Shown: positions 54,160 to 63,050 of the stretch, in pieces
Layout of the letters: each line of letters begins with the position of its first letter
Numbering within the stretch: position 1 is the stretch's first letter
Sequence record: MK327936.1
Length of the DNA: 64,000 nt
Strand: one strand, 5' to 3'
Origin: Escherichia phage vB_EcoM_G2540
Notes under the pieces: model-generated
Seen by the model: only the letters and a program-made list of their open reading frames with translations
Told to the model about the DNA's origin: nothing
Databases searched by the model: none
Program-made: the position numbers and the translations under genes

Positions 54160-54164
54160 CAACA

Positions 54165-54185
54165 AGGGGGAAATGCCCCCTTTGG
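54165..54185 (+). terminator. Weak hairpin after gene 37 (possible attenuator)
   Basis: GGGGG-AAATG-CCCCC hairpin followed by TTTGG. Confidence 0.3.
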
Positions 54186-54195
54186 AGTATAAATT

Positions 54196-54975
54196 ATGGC
54201 AGTAGTTGGTGTTCCTGGTTGGATTGGAAGTTCAGCCGCAAATGAAACAGGACAGCGCTGGATGAGTCAAGCGGCTGGTCAATTAAGATTGGGTGTTCCT
54301 TGCTGGATGAGTCAATTTGCAGGTCGCTCACGAGAAATTATTCACACGCTTGGAGCAGACCATAACTTCAATGGTCAATGGTTCCGAGATAGATGTTTTG
54401 AGGCAGGTAGTGCACCTATAGTGTTTAATATCACCGGAAATTTAGTATCATATAGTAAAGATGTTCCTTTATTCTTTATGTACGGCGATACGCCAAATGA
54501 ATATGTTACTTTGAATATTCATGGTGGAGTTCATATGTGGGGACGAGGTGGTAACGGTACTGTAAACGGAAACCCAGGCACAAATGGCGGCGATGTAATC
54601 CAAAATGATATCGGCGGAAGACTTCGTATTTGGAACTATGGCGTTATTGCATCAGGCGGTGGCGGTGGCGGTGCAGTGTCATTACAGAATAGCTGGGCGC
54701 CAAATGCTACAGCAGGTGGCGGCGGTGGTAGACCATTTGGCATCGGCGGTGGCGGCGTTAATTGGCCAGGTGGTAATGCTAGTTATGACGCGCCTGGTGG
54801 TGCCGGTTACACTTCCCAATTCGGCGGTGGTAATGGTGGCGATGCTGGGGGTCGGGGCGGAGATGGATGGGGTAATCACTTATCTAGATCTGGCGGTGGT
54901 GCTCCTGGCAGAGCAGTATTCGGAAGTTCACCGTCATGGGGTGCTACAGGCACAATCTACGGCTCCTGGATTTAA
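54196..54975 (+). CDS. 38: Receptor-recognising adhesin gp38, T2/T6 type with glycine-rich motifs
   Basis: 259 aa; N-terminus [14 protein letters not shown]...; polyglycine motifs (GGGGGG, GGGGG, GIGGGG) separating variable segments. Confidence 0.85.
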   Translation: MAVVGVPGWIGSSAANETGQRWMSQAAGQLRLGVPCWMSQFAGRSREIIHTLGADHNFNGQWFRDRCFEAGSAPIVFNITGNLVSYSKDVPLFFMYGDTPNEYVTLNIHGGVHMWGRGGNGTVNGNPGTNGGDVIQNDIGGRLRIWNYGVIASGGGGGGAVSLQNSWAPNATAGGGGGRPFGIGGGGVNWPGGNASYDAPGGAGYTSQFGGGNGGDAGGRGGDGWGNHLSRSGGGAPGRAVFGSSPSWGATGTIYGSWI

Positions 54976-54994
54976 ACGATAATACCCTCTCAAT

Positions 54995-55002
54995 TATAAA
55001 TA
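54995..55002 (+). promoter_or_regulatory. T4 late promoter (TATAAATA) for holin t
   Basis: Exact TATAAATA 20 nt upstream of the t ATG. Confidence 0.6.
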
Positions 55003-55021
55003 TTGATAAATGGGAGGTAAT

Positions 55022-55681
55022 ATGGCAGCACCAAAAGTATCATTTTCGCCTAGTGATATTTTATTTGGGTTGCTAGACCGCATTTTCAAAGATAACGCCT
55101 CTGGAAATATTCTTATTTCCAGAGTTGCTGTTGTAGTTCTTTTGTTCCTAATGGCACTAATATGGTACAAAGGGAATATTTTTATGGATTATTACGTGAG
55201 GTCGAAATATGATACTTACACAGAAGTAATTCAAAAAGAAAGAAATACACGATTTGAATCTGCGGCTTTAGAACAACTACAAATAGTCCACGTCACATCA
55301 AGGGCGGATTTTAGTTCGGTGTATTCTTTCAGACCTAAAAATCTAAATTATTTCGTCGACCTTATTGCGTATGAAGGTAAGTTACCTAGCACAGTAACTG
55401 AAAAATCTATGGGAGGATTTCCTGTCGATAAAACGACAGCAGAATATTCGGTCCATTTAAGTGGACTTCACTTTACTTCTAAAACAGATTTTGCTTTCTT
55501 ACCTACCAAAACAAAAACTCCGGAACTGGCATATATGTATAGTTGTCCTTACTTCAATTTGGATAACATATATGCTGGAACTGTTTCTATGTATTGGTAT
55601 AAGGGGTCGGATGTGTTAAATGAAGAACGCTTGGTTGCAATATGCAACCAAGCTGCAAGGATATTAGGGCGGGCTAAATAA
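55022..55681 (+). CDS. t: Holin T
   Basis: 219 aa from ATG 55022 (GGGAGG SD); single N-terminal TM helix and large periplasmic domain; follows gene 38. Confidence 0.85.
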   Translation: MAAPKVSFSPSDILFGLLDRIFKDNASGNILISRVAVVVLLFLMALIWYKGNIFMDYYVRSKYDTYTEVIQKERNTRFESAALEQLQIVHVTSRADFSSVYSFRPKNLNYFVDLIAYEGKLPSTVTEKSMGGFPVDKTTAEYSVHLSGLHFTSKTDFAFLPTKTKTPELAYMYSCPYFNLDNIYAGTVSMYWYKGSDVLNEERLVAICNQAARILGRAK

Positions 55682-55954
55682 TTAGTTGTTAGAATACATC
55701 GTCAAATGGCGATAAATATTTTCAAAACCTTCATTGAATTCACTAATCAGTGTTTTCTTTTCTTCGGCAGTTAAATTTGTAATTAGTTTTCTGAACGAAT
55801 TCTGATTTAGCTGTCGACCATCTTTTTTAATTCCAATCTCATTCAAGAATCCGATGAAATTTGCTCGGTCTTCAACAATATCTTCCCTCGAGAATTTAAT
55901 CAAAATAGAAGCAACAGTAATAATTTCACGTACAATTTCAATATCTTTATTCAT
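55682..55954 (-). CDS. asiA: Anti-sigma70 factor AsiA
   Basis: 90 aa as T4 AsiA; early promoter directly upstream. Confidence 0.85.
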   Translation of the reverse strand: MNKDIEIVREIITVASILIKFSREDIVEDRANFIGFLNEIGIKKDGRQLNQNSFRKLITNLTAEEKKTLISEFNEGFENIYRHLTMYSNN

Positions 55955-55988
55955 AACGTTTTATTCATTCCATTTGGTTGATACGAGT

Positions 55989-56017
55989 ATAGTACCATTA
56001 TCAGTGTTGATTGTAAA
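55989..56017 (-). promoter_or_regulatory. T4 early promoter for asiA
   Basis: minus strand: TTTACA -35, 17 bp spacer, -10 TACTAT. Confidence 0.55.
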
Positions 56018-56162
56018 CAGCTTTTTCTACACTTTTAACGTAATCAGTGTAGTCTTCCTGTTCATACGAGTGTAAGGCCAAGAACGCGGCTAATAGTTCA
56101 TTATAGACTAAAGCCTCGCGCTCACGTTCTGCCTCTACTACGTTCTGAAGATTATGGCTCAT
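56001..56162 (-). CDS. Hypothetical protein, 53 aa
   Basis: Start at ATG 56162 (MSHNLQ...) with AAGGA SD; ORF-track version extends to 56216. Confidence 0.35.
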   Translation of the reverse strand: MSHNLQNVVEAEREREALVYNELLAAFLALHSYEQEDYTDYVKSVEKAVYNQH

Positions 56163-56163
56163 A

Positions 56164-56451
56164 TCATTCCTTATAACTATCAATGTAGTCCTGTATGTCA
56201 AAGAATGACATTTCATATTCTAGGACATTAAGAGCCCGTTCTTCAGTATAGTCAGAACCAAATACGATAGTGATTTCACCAGGCTTCATATGATTGAAAT
56301 CGACACTAAAAGGAATACGAGAACATACTTCGTCTGCCATATCCGCAACAACACTACGATATACTTCTCGGTTAACCTGATAAAGCTCTGCAAGTTCTTC
56401 ACAACGAATAACAAGTTCAGTGGCAGGATTTTCTTTTATTTTAGTAAGCAT
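56164..56451 (-). CDS. Acidic small protein, possibly Arn-like
   Basis: 95 aa, strongly acidic; sits in the asiA-motA interval where T4 encodes Arn; assignment tentative. Confidence 0.35.
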   Translation of the reverse strand: MLTKIKENPATELVIRCEELAELYQVNREVYRSVVADMADEVCSRIPFSVDFNHMKPGEITIVFGSDYTEERALNVLEYEMSFFDIQDYIDSYKE

Positions 56452-56525
56452 AGTCTTTACCCTTATGTTTTTGTTTACGTTTAGATTGAAGTTCTGATTT
56501 CTTCTTGTCCTTATGGACAGAAGCC

Positions 56526-56753
56526 TTATTGAAATCGTGTTTTGCTACAAGATTGTTCATAATGATTTATAACCTCATTTAAACATTTATCGGTAAAAGA
56601 AAACTTTTTAGCCACAGAACATTCGATAATGTGTTCTTTCAAATCTTTAGAGTCAGTATAACCCATCTCAGTAATAAAGTGGCGAATTAAAGCTTTATTC
56701 TTATCATTAACAGAATTAAAATAATCTGCTTTAGAATCAATTATTCTCATCAT
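56526..56753 (-). CDS. Hypothetical protein, 75 aa
   Basis: ORF in asiA-motA block. Confidence 0.4.
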   Translation of the reverse strand: MMRIIDSKADYFNSVNDKNKALIRHFITEMGYTDSKDLKEHIIECSVAKKFSFTDKCLNEVINHYEQSCSKTRFQ

Positions 56754-57018
56754 CTAATTTCCTTAATTGATATTGCAACGAGCTAATAATTTCTTCGTTC
56801 ATTTTAATATACATGTCACGCAAGAAAGGTTTTAACCCTTCACGAATAATTGCTAACGTATCACCTTTACATAGATTGACCAAATAAGGATGGTCTAAAG
56901 CATCCCAACCCGGCTGATTAGCATACATACCATAGTTTTCTTCCATCATATGATTAAGACGTTTGATATCTTGGATACGTGATTCAATAGCATCTTTCTG
57001 GAGTTGTTTAATATTCAT
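56737..57018 (-). CDS. Hypothetical protein, 93 aa
   Basis: ORF in asiA-motA block. Confidence 0.4.
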   Translation of the reverse strand: MNIKQLQKDAIESRIQDIKRLNHMMEENYGMYANQPGWDALDHPYLVNLCKGDTLAIIREGLKPFLRDMYIKMNEEIISSLQYQLRKLDDENN

Positions 57019-57479
57019 TAGTAAAGGTCCTCAGAGTAAAGTTCTTTTTCACTACCACCACGTTCAATACGTACTTGTCCAGCGTAAGTTGCAATAATCA
57101 TTGCTTCTTCACGTGTCCAATAATTACTATATTGGTCAATAAACCCTTGGTCATCATCACAAACTTGCTGAGTAACTAATTGAGGTTTAACTACATCTAA
57201 AACTTCTGCCATGTCTTTAGAATAATGACGAGCACCTGGAATAATAAGAGTTCGTCCATCTTTTAATTTAAAACGGTTGGCTGCACAGACAATTCGTCGT
57301 TGATACTTTTGATTTTCATCCCAGTACGCAGTCTGCCAACAAATTTCAGGAACTTCTTTCAGAATATCTTCTTCTGTGCATTTATAACCATGTGCTTTAA
57401 ACTTTTGAACAAGACTTTCTGGAGTTTCACGAGATAAAGGAACATTCAGCATTTTTAAACGATTAATAAATGGGTTCAT
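57018..57479 (-). CDS. Hypothetical protein, 153 aa
   Basis: ORF in asiA-motA block; ATGA coupling. Confidence 0.45.
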   Translation of the reverse strand: MNPFINRLKMLNVPLSRETPESLVQKFKAHGYKCTEEDILKEVPEICWQTAYWDENQKYQRRIVCAANRFKLKDGRTLIIPGARHYSKDMAEVLDVVKPQLVTQQVCDDDQGFIDQYSNYWTREEAMIIATYAGQVRIERGGSEKELYSEDLY

Positions 57480-57805
57480 TTAAACCATCCTTTAATACGT
57501 TGCCACAAAGTTTTCTGCTGAGCTTTGTTAACGCCAATTGAGCGAATAACCGGTTGAGATTCCTGGAATTCTTTATAATCAGCAAGGTAAATTTCGTAAG
57601 CTGTATCAGTAAATGAACTTATCGCTGCCATGAAATTATTGCGAATACCTACTGGAGCATCTTTACTTTCACGAATAATCATGTATTTACCAGTCTTAAT
57701 CTTTACGATAGTTCCAAGATAAGCTCCATGATACCAGATGTCCCAACCCTCTTGAGTAGGTTCTGCACAGCGACGAAGTTCATTAACAATTTCTAACTTG
57801 TTCAT
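57476..57805 (-). CDS. Hypothetical protein, 109 aa
   Basis: ORF immediately downstream of motA. Confidence 0.45.
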   Translation of the reverse strand: MNKLEIVNELRRCAEPTQEGWDIWYHGAYLGTIVKIKTGKYMIIRESKDAPVGIRNNFMAAISSFTDTAYEIYLADYKEFQESQPVIRSIGVNKAQQKTLWQRIKGWFK

Positions 57806-57815
57806 TATTTATTCC

Positions 57816-58451
57816 TCACAGTTCAGATGCTACAGTGATTACTGCTTCAATGTTTTCTGCCGAACGTTTAATGTCAAGATACACATTACCGTTTTTAGCG
57901 ATTTTACATGACATTCCGATGTCAGTAAATTTCTGAATATGATGTTCCATCATTTTGTATCCAAAAATTCGCATGTTTCCATTGTTGTTAATTTCAAAAT
58001 TACGAATTCCGTGAGTGCGTTTTTCTAAAATAGCGAGATAGTTACTGCGATAAGTTTCAACCTTTTTAAGAACAAATCCATTTTCATCTAAAAGTTTTAA
58101 CATGAGGTCTTTATCTTCTTCCATATCGGAAGTAATCTCACGAGCTTTACGAGTTGCTCGTTTTTTCAGCAGTTCCGGAGCATTTTCCTGTGCGTATAAA
58201 GTTGCTGCATTTGAAATAATATCCTGAGCTTCACCTGTAATAATTAATCCATCACCAGATTTCTCCACCAGGCCTTTTTTAATCAATACCCCAATATTAC
58301 TATTAACTACTGCGTTACCTAAATCTGGATGCACCTCACGAACTTCCGCAGCTGTAATGAAATCTTTCTTAGCAATGGTAATTAAAATCGCAGCAGTTTT
58401 TTCATTCAGAACATCGTTAGAAGCTTTGATGATGTAAGTTACTTTAGACAT
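57816..58451 (-). CDS. motA: Middle-transcription activator MotA
   Basis: 211 aa as T4 MotA; early promoter upstream. Confidence 0.9.
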   Translation of the reverse strand: MSKVTYIIKASNDVLNEKTAAILITIAKKDFITAAEVREVHPDLGNAVVNSNIGVLIKKGLVEKSGDGLIITGEAQDIISNAATLYAQENAPELLKKRATRKAREITSDMEEDKDLMLKLLDENGFVLKKVETYRSNYLAILEKRTHGIRNFEINNNGNMRIFGYKMMEHHIQKFTDIGMSCKIAKNGNVYLDIKRSAENIEAVITVASEL

Positions 58452-58492
58452 TTTCTAATCTCCGTAATTCTGTATCAGTAGTTGATAGTTGT

Positions 58493-58521
58493 ATAGTACC
58501 ACAGTATGCTTTGGTTGTAAA
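58493..58521 (-). promoter_or_regulatory. T4 early promoter for motA
   Basis: minus strand: TTTACA -35, 17 bp spacer, TGG-TACTAT extended -10. Confidence 0.6.
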
Positions 58522-58543
58522 CCGTTTTGTGAAAAAATTTTAA

Positions 58544-58570
58544 AATAAAAAAGGAGAGCCGAGGCTCTCC
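58544..58570 (-). terminator. Rho-independent terminator
   Basis: GGAGAGCC-GAG-GCTCTCC hairpin followed on minus strand by TTTTTTATTTTA. Confidence 0.65.
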
Positions 58571-58576
58571 CTAAAA

Positions 58577-58726
58577 TTACTGCATGACAGTTATCACAGT
58601 CATGATAACACGTTGAATTCCGAACGCAAGAAGACCTCCTGCTACGGCTGGAACAACGCCTAACCCTGCCAGTAAAACGCTACCAGATACTAATGCAGCG
58701 CTTGTAATACCAATGAATGGACTCAT
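58577..58726 (-). CDS. Small hydrophobic membrane peptide, 49 aa
   Basis: MSPFIGITSAALVSGSVLLAGLGVVPAVAGGLLAFG...; start overlaps the gene 52 stop; below ORF-track cutoff. Confidence 0.4.
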   Translation of the reverse strand: MSPFIGITSAALVSGSVLLAGLGVVPAVAGGLLAFGIQRVIMTVITVMQ

Positions 58727-60051
58727 TTGATTTCCTCTAAATCTTTGGTGTATTCAGTAACTACATCAGTAGTTTTCCAATATTCGTTTTCTTCTTTTTT
58801 AGCTTTAGCTTCTTCAGCAAGTTTCTTCGCTTCATCGGAAGTCATATGAAAAATATTCATTCCAACTAGTTTATCAACATAAGAAGAATACATATCGATT
58901 TTCGAAAGTTCTTCGGTCAGTTCTTTACGAGTTTTACCCTGTACAACAATTTCACCTGAAATTACTTTCTTAATGAAATGTGCCTTGGCAAAGGCTAAAC
59001 GAAAAGCTGACTCAGTTTCTTTGATTTTGTTATCAATTCGTTTTTGGACATAAGTTTTACGAACTTCAACGAAGTCTTTGATTAAATCAACTACGTTATC
59101 GTAAACTTGTAGCTTTCCTTTCTCATTAATGACGGTAATATTCTGAGAACGACGCTCAATCAACCCGAAGTCTTTCATAATTTTTGCATGGCGTTCTTCT
59201 TCGTTATCGCTCAAAGAGTATTCTTTGCGGAATTTAACTTTGAAGCCAAAGCCATGCTCACCACAAGCATCATCCCATGTAATGAAGCCTTTATCTTCAA
59301 GCGGGTCTAAGATTTTACTCACATAAGTTTCACGATCATACTTATACGGAATCTCAGTGATATGCATTTGAGTTCGTGAAGTAAACTTGTACGTTCCACG
59401 AATTTCATATTGACCGTCAATCTCAACGACTTCACCACGAAATTCTGGGAATTCTACCTTCGGTTTAGTTACTTTCTTTCCTTGAATAGCTTGCAGTACA
59501 GCTTTCTTGACAGAAGAAACACTATGAGGAAGAATGTAAGTTGCATAACCAGTTGCAATACCGGAAACGCCATTAAGAAGAACAGTAGGAATAATAGGCA
59601 AATAGAAAGCAGGCGGAATGTGTTCTTTATCTTGATGTACCGGAGCATATTCAGTATCTTTATACACGTTATAGAAATTTTTACTTATACGAGCAAAAAT
59701 ATAACGACTCGCCGCTGCCTTTTGAACGGTACGAGAACCAAAGTTTCCTTGACCATCTAACAGAGGAAAGTTATTATTCCAAGTGTTAGCCATCAAAGCT
59801 CCCGCATCTTGCGCAGAGTTTTCGCCATGGTGATATCCAAGGTCCGCTACACCACCTGCGATAGAAGCGAGCTTATGAAACTTATCTTTATTTCCTCGTG
59901 CCAAATCAAGAGCTCGAGCAATAACAAATCGTTGAACTGGCTTAAATCCATCAATCATATTTGGGATAGCACGATTTTCAACCGTGTACATAGCATAAGC
60001 CAATGCTTCATTATCAATGATACTTTTTAAATCGCGATTATTCAGTTGCAT
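58723..60051 (-). CDS. 52: DNA topoisomerase II medium subunit gp52
   Basis: 442 aa as T4 gp52; synteny motA-52. Confidence 0.9.
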   Translation of the reverse strand: MQLNNRDLKSIIDNEALAYAMYTVENRAIPNMIDGFKPVQRFVIARALDLARGNKDKFHKLASIAGGVADLGYHHGENSAQDAGALMANTWNNNFPLLDGQGNFGSRTVQKAAASRYIFARISKNFYNVYKDTEYAPVHQDKEHIPPAFYLPIIPTVLLNGVSGIATGYATYILPHSVSSVKKAVLQAIQGKKVTKPKVEFPEFRGEVVEIDGQYEIRGTYKFTSRTQMHITEIPYKYDRETYVSKILDPLEDKGFITWDDACGEHGFGFKVKFRKEYSLSDNEEERHAKIMKDFGLIERRSQNITVINEKGKLQVYDNVVDLIKDFVEVRKTYVQKRIDNKIKETESAFRLAFAKAHFIKKVISGEIVVQGKTRKELTEELSKIDMYSSYVDKLVGMNIFHMTSDEAKKLAEEAKAKKEENEYWKTTDVVTEYTKDLEEIK

Positions 60052-60055
60052 AAAT

Positions 60056-60196
60056 TTACCATACTAGTGAATGTAGTGCCATAATAACATCAGAAATGAA
60101 AAGCACGACTTGAATTAATCCGAACATTACTCCATAATATAGTGCTACTAATAAAGTAGCAAGGGCTAATGAATAGCCCAAGATTTTCTTAATCAT
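60056..60196 (-). CDS. Small hydrophobic membrane peptide, 46 aa (52.1-like position)
   Basis: MIKKILGYSLALATLLVALYYGVMFG...; below ORF-track cutoff. Confidence 0.35.
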   Translation of the reverse strand: MIKKILGYSLALATLLVALYYGVMFGLIQVVLFISDVIMALHSLVW

Positions 60197-60347
60197 TAGT
60201 AGATAACAACACAAATGTTAAATATGCACACATACCCTGAGCTAAAGCTTGTGAAAACACGCTGCTGGCATCAATACAGATAGTTAAAACACATGCTACT
60301 ATCCAACAAATAAATGAAATAACTCCTAATAATTTTGCAATATTCAT
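60189..60347 (-). CDS. ac: Small membrane protein, 52 aa (Ac-like position)
   Basis: MNIAKLLGVISFICWIVACVLTIC...; position between stp and 52; T4 Ac is ~51 aa. Confidence 0.4.
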   Translation of the reverse strand: MNIAKLLGVISFICWIVACVLTICIDASSVFSQALAQGMCAYLTFVLLSTND

Positions 60348-60354
60348 ATTTTCC

Positions 60355-60435
60355 TCACTGGCGTCCGAAGACGCCTTTAGTTTTAAGATTATTACGATAG
60401 AACTGCATCACGTGTTCGTTGTGGAAATTACTCAT
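60355..60435 (-). CDS. stp: Stp peptide (26 aa)
   Basis: Translates to [26 protein letters not shown], matching T4 Stp as I recall it; TAATG overlap with ndd stop; missed by ORF track. Confidence 0.7.
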
Positions 60436-60893
60436 TAATATGCCTGCAAAACGAATTTAAAATTATCAGCCAACATACGGTTCATTTCTTCAAGTGTTTG
60501 ATACTCAGAATGATGATTACGAGTAAACGCTAAAGCTAACTGTCCTTTTCCAAATCCCGTCGTCAGAGGTTTCATCTTAGAAGCAGGCAGATAAAATACT
60601 GTGTATGGAACATTGTTATTTGCAATAGTACGTGCAAGCTGAGACCGACGTTGACGAATATGACTTAGAACTGCACTGAATCCTTGCTTAGAACGCTGAT
60701 TACCTACATAAAATCGTGCTGACACACATGGATTACTAAATGGACGACCATCTAATTTACTTACTAAAAAGTAAAATCCAGGTTTAGATAAAATATCTTT
60801 ATGCGGGGTTCCCAAAAACCATTCACCACCCTTGATTGTACCAATAACAGTAGCGCCTGCGTTGTTCAGATCAGTAACAGTCATGTATTTCAT
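60435..60893 (-). CDS. ndd: Nucleoid disruption protein Ndd
   Basis: 152 aa from ATG 60893 ([11 protein letters not shown]...) with GAGGA SD; ORF-track start 60947 is an upstream extension. Confidence 0.8.
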
Positions 60894-60951
60894 ATTAATT
60901 TCCTCTAAATTATTTTCTACTCCATGGCCGCATGAATACACGGCCATTAAA

Positions 60952-61167
60952 TTAATCGTCGCAGTCGACGCTCAATTCCCAAAACTCTTCTACGGTATAA
61001 GTTTCAGTATCATTTTCAATACAGAAACGTTCATTACTGTTATTTACTAAAGTAGCGTTAACTGTCATTTTCTCGCTGGTGCTCTTAAGAGGCGAAATAC
61101 GAATTAACTGATCACCGTTATCTAAACAGAAAATTTCGCCAACTTTTACATCTTTAAAACTTTTCAT
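60952..61167 (-). CDS. Hypothetical protein, 71 aa
   Basis: ORF upstream of ndd. Confidence 0.4.
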   Translation of the reverse strand: MKSFKDVKVGEIFCLDNGDQLIRISPLKSTSEKMTVNATLVNNSNERFCIENDTETYTVEEFWELSVDCDD

Positions 61168-61282
61168 AATTCACCTCAAAGAGTATAAAATCCAAACGCA
61201 GTTGTTGACCATCCCATCCAATATGGAAAATTTGCACCAATGTAAAACATAAGAATATAAAACCAACCGCTCAGCAAATTCA

Positions 61283-61480
61283 TCATTTTACACCATTCCA
61301 AATTGTTTCAACCACGGATTTTAAACCATTTTGATGAATATCCATTCCGACTACTGCCATCAAATAGATTCCAACTACAACTGAACCTAAGGCAAAAATC
61401 AGCATGAAAATGAATAAAGCCGGAAAAATATTATCGAAAAACCATTCAATAAATGTAAAAGCACTGCGTTTACGCTTCAT
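61283..61480 (-). CDS. Small membrane protein, 65 aa
   Basis: Start at ATG 61480 with GAGGAA SD; strongly hydrophobic core. Confidence 0.4.
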   Translation of the reverse strand: MKRKRSAFTFIEWFFDNIFPALFIFMLIFALGSVVVGIYLMAVVGMDIHQNGLKSVVETIWNGVK

Positions 61481-61487
61481 ATTTTCC

Positions 61488-61601
61488 TCACATAAATCCA
61501 AAGTAAACGTTTAATACATCAATCATTAAAACGATTGGGAATATACTCAAAACTATTAGTATTATAACTACATTCCATATAGCTTTAACAATCTTTTTCA
61601 T
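61488..61601 (-). CDS. Small membrane peptide, 37 aa
   Basis: Start at ATG 61601 with GGAGGAA SD directly downstream of early promoter; MKKIVKAIWNVVIILIVLSIFPIVLMI... Confidence 0.4.
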   Translation of the reverse strand: MKKIVKAIWNVVIILIVLSIFPIVLMIDVLNVYFGFM

Positions 61602-61629
61602 TTTCTGTTCCTCCGTAGTTGATAGGGTA

Positions 61630-61658
61630 ATAGTACCACGGAAGAACAGTCTTGTAAA
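61630..61658 (-). promoter_or_regulatory. T4 early promoter
   Basis: minus strand: TTTACA -35, 17 bp spacer, -10 TACTAT. Confidence 0.5.
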
Positions 61659-61843
61659 CAACTTTTTAAAAATATTCGTAATAAATGTGAATACCAACTA
61701 CTACCGCTGAAACTTGCACAACCCACCACGCACAAGCAATAAGTACAGAATTCAAAATTTTCATAATAACCTCATTACAAAAGTAAATGTTAAACAAATT
61801 ACTGGAATACTAATTAACCAAACAAAACACCACCACAGTGAAC

Positions 61844-62107
61844 TCATAGTTCAATCTCAGCGATTTTCATTTCATTATTGTTAATAGCATTTTTAAGACT
61901 ATCCGAAAGAATTACATTCCAGTGGTCATTCATATGACCATTAACTAAGCGTGTAATTTCTTCGGGAGTTGAAAAATAAGGCGTATCAGACTCCCAATGC
62001 GATAATCCTAAGCGAGTATAAATCATACCTTCATCATCGCTAGAATATTCAACTGACACAAACTCATCAGTTATTTTATGCTTAGCATAATAAAATTTAA
62101 ATTTCAT
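61844..62107 (-). CDS. Hypothetical protein, 87 aa
   Basis: Start at ATG 62107 (MKFKFYYAK...) with GGAGAG SD downstream of early promoter. Confidence 0.45.
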   Translation of the reverse strand: MKFKFYYAKHKITDEFVSVEYSSDDEGMIYTRLGLSHWESDTPYFSTPEEITRLVNGHMNDHWNVILSDSLKNAINNNEMKIAEIEL

Positions 62108-62141
62108 TTTACTCTCCAAATCAGTATCAGTTGATAGTTGT

Positions 62142-62170
62142 ATAGTACCACGGTCCTTGTGGTATGTAAA
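62142..62170 (-). promoter_or_regulatory. T4 early promoter
   Basis: minus strand: TTTACA -35, 17 bp spacer, -10 TACTAT; repeat-family member. Confidence 0.55.
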
Positions 62171-62187
62171 CTGTTTTGTGAAATTTT

Positions 62188-62745
62188 TTAAATGGAAAGA
62201 TACCATCCGTTGTAGTTGCTTTTTCTTACAACCTTACGAAGGTCTTCTCTGTCACCGATGAACTTCGGAGTGTACTGGATGACACCTGGATGAATTTCTT
62301 TAGTGTTGAATATAATTATACAGTCAGCGACTTGATGATTTAGAATGGGCCCTAGATTTATTCCAGAACCGTATGGATACTCTCCGCTGCATCCTGTTGT
62401 TACAGAAATCCAACGTGAGTCAGTTTGATGTGTCTTAACTTCTACACGAAGCCCGCAGTATTTTGGATGCGCCAATACATCCCATGCATATGTGTACGGA
62501 TCATCGACATCTTCTTGGCCTTTATTGACATATCCGCTTAGCCAATCTGCCACAAAAAACTCTGCGTACACAGCGATACGGCATCTTTCGATAACTTCTG
62601 CCTTATCCTGATTTGGGTTTTGTTTTAAAGAGTATCTTGCAGTATCAGCAATTTTGACCTTCATTTCATTGGTTAAATCGCTGTTCGATAGAGTAAATGT
62701 CGGAATCTGAAATAGTCTCTGTAACCCAGGATTCGTTTTCTGCAT
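62188..62745 (-). CDS. denB: Endonuclease IV
   Basis: 185 aa as T4 DenB; synteny rIIB-denB-ndd. Confidence 0.8.
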   Translation of the reverse strand: MQKTNPGLQRLFQIPTFTLSNSDLTNEMKVKIADTARYSLKQNPNQDKAEVIERCRIAVYAEFFVADWLSGYVNKGQEDVDDPYTYAWDVLAHPKYCGLRVEVKTHQTDSRWISVTTGCSGEYPYGSGINLGPILNHQVADCIIIFNTKEIHPGVIQYTPKFIGDREDLRKVVRKSNYNGWYLSI

Positions 62746-62801
62746 TTAAACTTTCCTTTATGTCGGAATCACTGATATTCATATAAATCATAATTTCTCT
62801 T

Positions 62802-62824
62802 AAAACAAAAGGGCCGAAGCCCTT
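62802..62824 (-). terminator. Rho-independent terminator
   Basis: GGGC-CGAA-GCCC hairpin flanked by A/T runs on both sides. Confidence 0.5.
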
Positions 62825-62827
62825 ATT

Positions 62828-63022
62828 TTATTTGAATTGTGCAATTCTTTTCTCTAAACAGTCAGCATAAGATTTCATTGAGATAAACTGCGAAAGTAAT
62901 AGTTCTTGCTCAACTGCGTTAACTGTTAGAAATTTTGCGCTTTCTAAAAATTTACTCAGTGCATTAATTTTGAGCATTAATTGATCGTATTCTTCTTTTA
63001 CTCGTGCTTGATAACCTAACAT
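62828..63022 (-). CDS. Hypothetical protein, 64 aa (denB.1-like)
   Basis: ORF between rIIB and denB. Confidence 0.4.
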   Translation of the reverse strand: MLGYQARVKEEYDQLMLKINALSKFLESAKFLTVNAVEQELLLSQFISMKSYADCLEKRIAQFK

Positions 63023-63050
63023 AATTTTCCTTAGTTAAGGGCCGAAGTCC

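Noticed and set aside
54188-54195. TATAAATT immediately before the gene 38 ATG as a late promoter
   Set aside because: Not an exact TATAAATA and it abuts the start codon, leaving no room for a leader and RBS; gene 38 is more likely read through from gene 37
54605-54982. 125-aa plus-strand ORF and 65-aa minus-strand ORF overlapping gp38
   Set aside because: Artefacts of the GC-rich glycine-codon repeats in gp38; alternative frames of a clear coding sequence
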